Positions 35,769 through 43,512 of a stretch of 46,105 nucleotides of DNA are shown in pieces. The stretch is from NCBI GenBank assembly GCA_964400665.1, contig CAYNVP010000001.1, positions 1 through 46,105 of the forward strand, written 5' to 3'. The stretch is from an uncultured Pirellulales bacterium (GTDB lineage Bacteria; Planctomycetota; Phycisphaerae; Sedimentisphaerales; Anaerobacaceae). Both the position numbers and the translations under genes were made by a program. The stretch's first letter is position 1. Each line of letters opens with the position of its first letter. Below the pieces are notes generated by a model, which did no database searches, was not told the DNA's origin, and saw only the letters and a program-made list of their open reading frames with translations.

Positions 35769-37007
35769 ATGAAAAACGAATCAGTATATATTCTCGGCGG
35801 TTACCAGACCGATTTTGCCCGTAACTGGGCAAGAGAAAATAAGCACATTGCGGCATTGATGCGAGAGGCATACCAGGGCAGCATCGAGGCGACTGGGATA
35901 GAACCCGGCGACATTAAGGCGGCGTTTATAGGTAACTTCGCCGGCGAGTTGTATTGTATGCAGGGGCATTTGGGGGCGTTTTTCGTGGATTTTGACCGTC
36001 GCTTTGTCGGGCTGCCCACAATGCGGTTCGAGGCCGCCTGCGCCGCCAGCGCGGTGGCCGCGGCGGCAGCAATGGCACACATTAAGGCAGGCATTTATGA
36101 CCTGATATGTGTAATCGGCGTCGAGCTAATGAAAACGGCCGATTCGGCCAAAGGCGGCGATTACCTCGGAACAGCCGCCTGGTATGAAAAAGAGTGCGCG
36201 GGCGTGGAGTTCCCCTTTCCCAAGCTGTTCGGCAAATTAGGCGATGAATACGACAAGCGTTACGGCCTTGACAATCAACACTTGGCCCGTATTGCACAAA
36301 TCAACTATACCAACGCAAAAAATAACCCTAATGCCCAGACCCGTGACTGGTTTATGAGCTTCGAGCACGCCTGCTCAACGGGCAAATACAACTCTGTTGT
36401 CAGCGGTAGAATCAAGGTTACCGACTGCTCCCAGATAACAGATGGCGCTGTGTGCCTGTATCTTGCCTCCGAGGCGTATGCTGCCAAATATGCCAAACAA
36501 AGGGGGCTTAAGCTTGAAAATATCCCTCGAATTCTCGGCTGGGGGCATACAACAGCCCCAATCGAGTTTGCTGGAAAAGTTGCGGATTCCAAAGACGATG
36601 AGTATGTGCTGCCGATGACCCGAAAGGCGATAACAGACGCATACAGCAGGGCGGGCATAAAGGATTGCTGGGATTTGGATTTGATTGAGACACACGATTG
36701 TTTTACTACCTCGGAATATATGGCGATAGACCACTTTGGGCTTACCAAGCCGGGCCGGTCGTGGGAGGCAATCGAAAACGGCATAATCGAAATGGACGGC
36801 AAGCTGCCAATTAACCCTTCCGGCGGTCTTATCGGCTGCGGCCATCCCGTCGGCGCCACCGGTACAAGGCAATTACTGGACGCATATAAGCAGCTTACGG
36901 ACACCGCAGGCAATTATCAGATACCCGGCGCAAAAAAAGTCGCTACACTTAACATCGGCGGCACCGCAACAACAAACGTCTGCTTTATCGTGGGAGCCAA
37001 TGGCTGA
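35769..37007 (+). CDS. Thiolase-fold condensing enzyme (acetyl-CoA acetyltransferase / SCP-x-type thiolase-like)
   Basis: Nucleophile Cys in FEAACAASAVA, plus the C-terminal GCGHPVGATG and NIGGTATTN. Confidence 0.8.
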   Translation: MKNESVYILGGYQTDFARNWARENKHIAALMREAYQGSIEATGIEPGDIKAAFIGNFAGELYCMQGHLGAFFVDFDRRFVGLPTMRFEAACAASAVAAAAAMAHIKAGIYDLICVIGVELMKTADSAKGGDYLGTAAWYEKECAGVEFPFPKLFGKLGDEYDKRYGLDNQHLARIAQINYTNAKNNPNAQTRDWFMSFEHACSTGKYNSVVSGRIKVTDCSQITDGAVCLYLASEAYAAKYAKQRGLKLENIPRILGWGHTTAPIEFAGKVADSKDDEYVLPMTRKAITDAYSRAGIKDCWDLDLIETHDCFTTSEYMAIDHFGLTKPGRSWEAIENGIIEMDGKLPINPSGGLIGCGHPVGATGTRQLLDAYKQLTDTAGNYQIPGAKKVATLNIGGTATTNVCFIVGANG

Positions 37008-38892
37008 CACAATACCGAATGCCGATGAAGTCAGGATTACCACGTTATTGCCCGAACACGCAAGGGCCGTGGCAGAATTACACATATCCGGCATAAAAAC
37101 CGGCTTTATCAGCTCTTTAGGCCTTGACTTTGTGACTGCTCTTTACGAAGCAATAGCCAAAAGCACATACGGATATGGTTTTGTCGCAATTATGCACGGC
37201 AGGGTAGTCGGTTTCGCGTCCTTTGCCACGGACCTCGGCGGCCTGTACAAGTCTGTGATTCTCAAGAACGGCCTTCGATTCATCTTTTCACTGGCGCGCA
37301 AGATGATGTCGCCCAAGGTAGCCAGAAAGGCCCTTGAAACGCTGTTCTACCCAACGCGCATAAGAAATATGCAATTGCCCGCAGCGGAGTTTCTCTCGAT
37401 GGTAGTTTCAGCAGATGCCCGTCGAAAGGGTCTGGCGACCGAATTCATAAAGGTCGGCTTTGCCGAAGCCGCATCAAGAGGTATAGAAAAGCTCAAAATT
37501 CTTGCGGCGGTGGATATAAAGCCAATCAACAAGTTGTATGAGAAGCTGGGTTTTGAGCTTGTCGGGCAGATAGACAATCACGGTGTAATAAGCAATGTGT
37601 ACGTGGCGAGGACGGACCATTTTGATGTTGCCGGAGGGGAAACTCGAAGGACAGTTGCTAAAAACCAACGGTCACTCGCCGGGAACAAAGCTATTGCTGA
37701 AGGGCTTGGTAGTGTGTTTGTCACTTATGGATGGTGTCGCACAACATATGCTGTCGTTTTGTCCTTGGGCAGGAGAGGTATAGGCGTTCACGTCAGCGAC
37801 GCGTCATCGATCGCGATGTCCCGTTACTCACGATACTGCAAGTCATACACCAAGGTTCCTGACTTCTTTGTCGAGCCGGACAACTATTTCGAAGCAACCT
37901 GTGAGGCGCTAAGAAAAACGGACGCCCGGGTTTTACTGCCGTGCCACGAGGACGTGGGTATATTCTGCAGACGCAAAAAGGAATTGCCACAGGGAGTTCT
38001 GACGTCATTGCCGGATTGGGACAGTTACCGTGTGGCGGAGGATAAACTAAGTGTTCTGGACGTGGCTGCCAAGGCCGGCTGTCCTGCGCCGATGACCACA
38101 AAAGTCGAGTCCTGGGACCATCTTGAGGACCTGTCGAGGTCTTCGGAGTGGCCGATTGTGTTAAAAACGCACATAGGAAACAGCGCCAAAGGTGTGCGAA
38201 TCGCCCGCAATCGGGAAGAGCTTTTCGCCAAATACAAAGAACTTGTCGAAACGTTCCGTCTGCCTCAGGAAAGATGGCCTTTTTTGCAGGAGTTTTTGCC
38301 CGGGGACGCGGCGGGCGTATGTATGTTGTATCAGAACGGCCGGTGCGTGACCAGCTTTGCCGAGCAATACATAAGGTGCAAAGAGCCGGGGAAATTCGGG
38401 ACATCTACCCTCCGAGAACCGTTCGAAAATCCGCACCTTATAGCACGGGCCACTGCCGTAATGGACAGATTGAAATGGCACGGTGTGGCGCATATCGATT
38501 TCGTCGCAGACAAGAATGGTGATTTCAGATTGATAGAGGTCAACCCCCGCCTGTGGGGTGCCTTGGCGCTGTCTATGTTTTCGGGAGTCGATTTCCCCTA
38601 CCTGTGGTATCTGGCGGCGGTAGGAGAGTCCATCGAAGGATTGGCTGCCTCGAAATATCCGCCGATAAAATGCAGGTGGATAGTAGGCGATTGTCTGGCA
38701 TTTATGGAGCTTGTTAAGCGCGGCAAGCTGGCGGAGGCGATGCGGATTCTTGCCCCACAGCGAAAATGCTATCACGACGACTTTGTTTTATTAGATCCGC
38801 TGCCGTTTCCGTTCGAACTGACGGACTACGTGGCAAAATTCTTGAAGTCGGGCGGGTCAGTCAATCCGGTGACCGGGGGAATGGTGCGTTGA
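37000..38892 (+). CDS. Fusion protein with an N-terminal GNAT acyltransferase domain and a C-terminal ATP-grasp ligase domain
   Basis: The GNAT acyl-CoA motif DARRKGLATEFI...LYEKLGFE covers aa 1 to about 205. ATP-grasp features cover aa about 240-630 (EDKLSVLDVAAKAGCPAP, WPIVLKTHIGNSAKGVRI, HIDFVADKNGDFRLIEVNPR). It overlaps the thiolase gene by 8 nt. Confidence 0.75.
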   Translation: MADTIPNADEVRITTLLPEHARAVAELHISGIKTGFISSLGLDFVTALYEAIAKSTYGYGFVAIMHGRVVGFASFATDLGGLYKSVILKNGLRFIFSLARKMMSPKVARKALETLFYPTRIRNMQLPAAEFLSMVVSADARRKGLATEFIKVGFAEAASRGIEKLKILAAVDIKPINKLYEKLGFELVGQIDNHGVISNVYVARTDHFDVAGGETRRTVAKNQRSLAGNKAIAEGLGSVFVTYGWCRTTYAVVLSLGRRGIGVHVSDASSIAMSRYSRYCKSYTKVPDFFVEPDNYFEATCEALRKTDARVLLPCHEDVGIFCRRKKELPQGVLTSLPDWDSYRVAEDKLSVLDVAAKAGCPAPMTTKVESWDHLEDLSRSSEWPIVLKTHIGNSAKGVRIARNREELFAKYKELVETFRLPQERWPFLQEFLPGDAAGVCMLYQNGRCVTSFAEQYIRCKEPGKFGTSTLREPFENPHLIARATAVMDRLKWHGVAHIDFVADKNGDFRLIEVNPRLWGALALSMFSGVDFPYLWYLAAVGESIEGLAASKYPPIKCRWIVGDCLAFMELVKRGKLAEAMRILAPQRKCYHDDFVLLDPLPFPFELTDYVAKFLKSGGSVNPVTGGMVR

Positions 38893-40009
38893 GTTCTGTG
38901 GGATTAGCACCTCGCAGCCCCGTCATTTTGAGGTATCCCATCTTCCAGACCGCCAACGCTGACACAAATACTACCGCGGCACATACAACGGCTGCGGCGA
39001 GTATCGGCAGCAGGCCGACAATAATCCCCACAACTGCATACAATGCTGTCAGTCCGTAGCAAAGTGCGACGGTCTTCCTTACAGATAATCCCCGGTCCAT
39101 CATCTGGTCGTAAATATGGCCTCTGTCTGAGACGAACAGGGGTCTTTTGTTGACTATTCGCCTGGCGAATGCGACCGTGGTGTCGAGTATGGGCAGGCCG
39201 AAAATAACGACAGATGCCAGCCAGAATTGCGGGGCCTTTTCCGCAAAGAGAATCATCAGCGCGGCCATATTCAGCCCCAGCAGCAAACTGCCCGCGTCGC
39301 CCATAAAAATCCGTGCCGGATGATAATTGAATGGCAGAAATCCGCATACGCTTCCCAGTAAGGCCAGACAAATAATGGCCCTTACCGAGTCGCCCTGCAG
39401 GCCATCCTGAACGATTCCCATCAGGGCCGCCAATAATAGCATCCCGCCTGCACAAACTATTGTCACGCCGGCACATAGCCCATCCAGCCCGTCGAGCAGA
39501 TTCAGCGAATTTGTAGCACCCAGCACAAAAACCATTACGAATACGATGTCCACGACGAGCCTGGTCGGCTGGCCGAGAGAATAAAGCATCGGCGATATTC
39601 CCGCTGCTACCAGCACAAACCCCGCTGCAACCTGCCCGAGTATCTTCTGCCAGGGCCTTATATCGGTAATGTCATCGATACAGCCCACGGCACAGACAAT
39701 CGCGCCTGCGCTGATGATTCCGAGGAGCCATTTACGTGTAATCGGAGGATAGTCGGCTGGTAAATAAAACAGGGCCATCAGGATACCTGCGGTCAGCCCT
39801 ATGAATATACCAACGCCGCCTAAATATGGTATCGGTTTGCGGTGTGTTTTGACGAGGTTGTCGGGTTTATCGACGATACCCAGCCGAAGTGCGATTTTCT
39901 CGCACAGCCACGTTGCGACCACGGCGCTGATGAATGAAACCAAACCGACGGGCCAATACTTCAGCGGCCAGGTCAGCGGCTTTCCAGTTGCGAGTATAAG
40001 TTCGAACAT
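38861..40009 (-). CDS. Polyprenyl-phosphate N-acetylhexosamine-1-phosphate transferase (MraY/WecA family, GT4 of the polyisoprenyl-P class)
   Basis: NSLNLLDGLDGL and CIDDITDIRP motifs and about 10 TM helices. The ATG at 40009 follows GGAGAAA. The ORF opens at the GTG at 40024. Confidence 0.85.
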   Translation of the reverse strand: MFELILATGKPLTWPLKYWPVGLVSFISAVVATWLCEKIALRLGIVDKPDNLVKTHRKPIPYLGGVGIFIGLTAGILMALFYLPADYPPITRKWLLGIISAGAIVCAVGCIDDITDIRPWQKILGQVAAGFVLVAAGISPMLYSLGQPTRLVVDIVFVMVFVLGATNSLNLLDGLDGLCAGVTIVCAGGMLLLAALMGIVQDGLQGDSVRAIICLALLGSVCGFLPFNYHPARIFMGDAGSLLLGLNMAALMILFAEKAPQFWLASVVIFGLPILDTTVAFARRIVNKRPLFVSDRGHIYDQMMDRGLSVRKTVALCYGLTALYAVVGIIVGLLPILAAAVVCAAVVFVSALAVWKMGYLKMTGLRGANPTELNAPFPRSPD

Positions 40010-40168
40010 CCATTTCTCCGGCACATTCTAAAAAGCACGGTTACACTTTATTGCCGGCGAGGCGATTTGTCCAGTCCGGTTACGTATTTTGGAAAACCCG
40101 GAGCTGTCTGGACAGTCTCAATTCTAACGCCTAAACTGTTGTGGGTTTGTGAAGGTCCTAAGCGTATG

Positions 40169-41401
40169 TATCGCAAAGCGTATAGCGTAACAACGATATT
40201 ACTGATGCTTCTTCTTAGCCGGCAACTGCCCGCGTTGGAGCCGAACGAGATTCTTGTGGTTGTCAACGGCGATATTTCATCGTCGGTGGAGCTTGGGCGG
40301 TACTACTGTCAACGGCGAGGCGTCCCCGAGGAAAATATTCTGGAGTTGTCTTTGGGCAAGACGCTCGCTGATTCAATAAGCAGGGATGAATATGATAATC
40401 TCATCGCCGGGCCGATTTACAAACGTTTGACCGAAATAAAACCGGGACAGACAATTCGATGTCTGCTGACGACATACGGTGTGCCCTACAGGGTCGGCCC
40501 GCGAGGACCGCTGAAAGACCAGCAGGAGCGCCTCAGGCAGCTTGAGGCGGCTGCCCTGAGATACGAGAAAAAGCTTACAGATATTACGGCAGACGCAGAA
40601 TCGGCGGGCGAACAAAGTAGAATCAAAAAAGAGCTGGCAAGGGTCCAGAGCCAGATTGACCGGATTTTGGGCAGGGAAACAGGGGCCAGTGTGGATAGTG
40701 AGTTATCGATGGTGCTGTTCGGGTCTTACGAATTATACCGATGGCAGCCGAACCAAATGAATAAAAACAACGGGTATCCGGAAGAGCTGATTTTGACGGT
40801 TATGGTTTGCCGGCTGGATGGCCCCACGCCGCAGATAGCCCAAGGCCTTGTTGATAAGGCAATTGCGGCGGAAAAAACGGGGCTGCACGGAATAGCTTAT
40901 ATCGATTCTCGCGGCATTGCCGACGACAAGCAGCCATATTCGATTGCGCACTTCGACCAGTCGTTGCGGGACCTCGCATTGCTGTTGCGTTTTCGCCCGA
41001 ATTTGGAGGTAAAAGAGGAGCGAACAGACAAACTTTTTGAGCCCGGCAGCTGCCCTCAAGCGGCGATTTATTGCGGGTGGTACAGCTTGAAGAAGTATGT
41101 TGATGCCTTTGATTTCGTTGACGGCGCGATTGGCTTTCACATTGCCAGCTTGGAGGCGGTGGACCTTCGGGACCCCAATAGCTCCCAGTGGTGTCCGGCG
41201 ATGCTTGTTGACGGGATTACCGCTACGCTCGGCGCCGTAGCCGAACCGTATTTACACGCCTTTCCCAATCCCGCCGATTTCTTTAACGAGTTGTTGAACG
41301 GCGAATGCCTTGTTGAGGCATTTTACCACACACAGCCGTTTTGCTCCTGGCAATTGGTCTTGATAGGCGACCCGCTTTATACGCCTTTTAAGAAGCCCTG
41401 A
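40169..41401 (+). CDS. Secreted conserved hypothetical protein. From memory it resembles the TIGR03790 family
   Basis: Signal peptide MYRKAYSVTTILLMLLLSRQLPA followed by EILVVVNGDISSSVELGRYYCQRRGVPEENIL, the characteristic opening of that family as I recall it. The ORF opens at the TTG at 40067. Confidence 0.45.
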   Translation, partial: YRKAYSVTTILLMLLLSRQLPALEPNEILVVVNGDISSSVELGRYYCQRRGVPEENILELSLGKTLADSISRDEYDNLIAGPIYKRLTEIKPGQTIRCLLTTYGVPYRVGPRGPLKDQQERLRQLEAAALRYEKKLTDITADAESAGEQSRIKKELARVQSQIDRILGRETGASVDSELSMVLFGSYELYRWQPNQMNKNNGYPEELILTVMVCRLDGPTPQIAQGLVDKAIAAEKTGLHGIAYIDSRGIADDKQPYSIAHFDQSLRDLALLLRFRPNLEVKEERTDKLFEPGSCPQAAIYCGWYSLKKYVDAFDFVDGAIGFHIASLEAVDLRDPNSSQWCPAMLVDGITATLGAVAEPYLHAFPNPADFFNELLNGECLVEAFYHTQPFCSWQLVLIGDPLYTPFKKP

Positions 41402-42107
41402 ACCGTCGGGGCCGGGCGATGACGGTTATTGCAGCAACGGCGATAATGGTCAAAGCCGAAAAGAGCAGGTCGGTCAGCCCAAAGTGTCTGCCCAACAAAA
41501 TCGACCCGGTTTTAACGACAAGCAAAAAACCAACGGGCACGACTATTGCCGCTGTCAACCGGGCGATGGTAGTTCTTAGTAGAAAATAAAGGTTCATAAA
41601 TTTAATCCAAACCAGCGTGAAGCTGCCATAAGCAAGGATGTGAAAAACGGCGTCTGTAATCGGCACCAGCTTCGACAGGTCGGCTCTTGCGAGGTTTGTT
41701 AGCCCGAAGATGGTTATCGCCAACACCGCCGGCAGTGCCTGCCAGAACGTCAGATATGTGAGCATAGCCAGCCCTGCCGATATCCCGGTGATGTTGGCCA
41801 AAAAATCCCCTAAATCCTTCGTCCTTCCAAAATATGGCTGAACTAATTCGTCTATCCCTCCGTATGCGGCGGACGCAAGAAAAATCAGCCATACCAGCCG
41901 GCTGCGCCAGCTTATTTTGTTATCGGGTTTGACGGAAAACCACAGCAGAAAGACAAGGTTCAGATACGCCAGAAAGTGAAGCCATTTGTCCGACACCTGT
42001 GCCCGGTAAACTAATTGCGGTATCGGTATATGCGCAACGATAGCAAGCACAATCCAGTAAAATACCAGAACCGCGATTGTTATTTTTTGTCTTCGTGTCA
42101 TTATCAT
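41388..42107 (-). CDS. VanZ-like family membrane protein
   Basis: DKWLHFLAYLNLVFLL...GGIDELVQPYFGRTKDLGDFLANITG pattern plus extra C-terminal helices. The ATG at 42107 follows AGGGA. The ORF opens at 42134. Confidence 0.6.
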   Translation of the reverse strand: MIMTRRQKITIAVLVFYWIVLAIVAHIPIPQLVYRAQVSDKWLHFLAYLNLVFLLWFSVKPDNKISWRSRLVWLIFLASAAYGGIDELVQPYFGRTKDLGDFLANITGISAGLAMLTYLTFWQALPAVLAITIFGLTNLARADLSKLVPITDAVFHILAYGSFTLVWIKFMNLYFLLRTTIARLTAAIVVPVGFLLVVKTGSILLGRHFGLTDLLFSALTIIAVAAITVIARPRRFRAS

Positions 42108-42202
42108 GGCAATCCCTGAATTTATCGACCCCATCCTTCAATTTTAACAGAATATGGTTTATGATATAACTGACAATGGTATAAAAAGACAGGAGTAAAG
42201 TT

Positions 42203-43501
42203 ATGTTTCCAATGGGGCAAACGAAAATTTCCTGTATGGACCGAATCGTCGTTCTGACGGTATGCTGCCTGGTCGTGTTGTCTGTTCTTGCGCTGCCGGT
42301 ATTGAGTCAATCCCAGAGACGACGGCGAGGCGGCGGATTGAAAGTCATTCAGCTTCCTGCGCCGACCCTGTCGGGTTCCGTAAGCGTGGAGGAGGCAATC
42401 AGCAAGCGGCGGAGCGTTCGGCAGTTTGCAGATAAACCTCTTAACTTTGTTCAGATGGGGCAGTTGGCCTGGGCCGGACAGGGCATAACCGATAAAGAGC
42501 GTGGCTTTCGTGCAGCTCCCTCAGCGGGGGCCTTGTATCCCATAGAGCTTTACTTTGTCACGCAGGAAGGTATGTTCATTTATAATCCTGATGAGCATTC
42601 ACTTGGTCAGGTTTCCCAGTCTGACCTGAGAAAACAACTGTCGGCGGCTGCCTCAGGGCAAAGGTCGGTTGAGGATGCGGCGTGCAGTATTGTCATTGCG
42701 GGGTCCGTCAGGAAGGTTGCGACCAAGTACGGCAACAAAGCCGAAAGATTTATGCTGCTCGAGGCCGGCCACGTCGCCGAAAATATTCAGTTGCAGGCGG
42801 TAACGCTTGGGCTGGGATCGGTGCCCGTCGGCGCCTTTGAGACAAAAAATGTTGCCAGGGTCTGCGGATTACCCGGCAACCTGGAGCCGTTGCTGATTGT
42901 ATGCGTCGGCCATCCTCTTGTGCCTCAGGGCCAGTCGCAGTCGTCCGGCGAAATCCCCGCCACGGCGCAGAGGGCCGTGCTGATTGTCCCGGATACCGAT
43001 TTCAGAGGTGAGGAGCTTTTCGAGACCCAGCGTATTTTGACCGAGGCAGGTGTCGAGACCGTAACTGCAAGTTCGAGAATCGGGCCTTTGAGAGGGGTGC
43101 TTGGTGGAATTGCCGCCTCTGAGGTGACGCTGGATAAGGTGCGAGTTGAAGATTTTGATGCGGTGGTTTTCGTGGACGGCCCGGGCACGGTCGCATATTT
43201 CAACAATCCGACTGCACTTGGCATCGCGCGTGAAGCAGCCGCTGGACACAAGGTTATCGCGGCTATTGATATCGCACCGGTGATTCTGGCCAACGCAGGC
43301 GTGCTTAATGGCGTGCGGGCAACGGGGTTCCTGACACAACGGGAAATGATACGTAAAGGCGGCGCAAAATACACCGGTGTCCCTGTTGAGCGGGATGGCT
43401 CCATAATAACTGCCAGCTCGCCTTTGGCGGTTGTGCCGTTCGCCCAGGCGATTGTCGGCGCACTACAGGAAAGACAGGCAAGGTCGGGGAAAGTTCCTTG
43501 A
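42203..43501 (+). CDS. Membrane-anchored SagB-type nitroreductase-fold dehydrogenase fused to a DJ-1/PfpI-like domain
   Basis: KRRSVRQF...RAAPSAGALYPIELYF is SagB/ThcOx-type. The C-terminal aa 257-432 have the DJ-1/PfpI layout, but the nucleophile elbow reads AAIDIAP instead of AAIC(H/A)GP. The N-terminal hydrophobic segment is followed by RRRR. Confidence 0.7.
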   Translation: MFPMGQTKISCMDRIVVLTVCCLVVLSVLALPVLSQSQRRRRGGGLKVIQLPAPTLSGSVSVEEAISKRRSVRQFADKPLNFVQMGQLAWAGQGITDKERGFRAAPSAGALYPIELYFVTQEGMFIYNPDEHSLGQVSQSDLRKQLSAAASGQRSVEDAACSIVIAGSVRKVATKYGNKAERFMLLEAGHVAENIQLQAVTLGLGSVPVGAFETKNVARVCGLPGNLEPLLIVCVGHPLVPQGQSQSSGEIPATAQRAVLIVPDTDFRGEELFETQRILTEAGVETVTASSRIGPLRGVLGGIAASEVTLDKVRVEDFDAVVFVDGPGTVAYFNNPTALGIAREAAAGHKVIAAIDIAPVILANAGVLNGVRATGFLTQREMIRKGGAKYTGVPVERDGSIITASSPLAVVPFAQAIVGALQERQARSGKVP

Positions 43502-43512
43502 CCGTGGCTTTC

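Noticed and set aside
42203-42330. Tat or Sec signal peptide on the SagB-DJ-1 fusion.
   Set aside because: The Arg cluster (RRRR) follows the hydrophobic segment rather than preceding it. This fits a signal anchor with a cytoplasmic catalytic part rather than a twin-arginine export signal.
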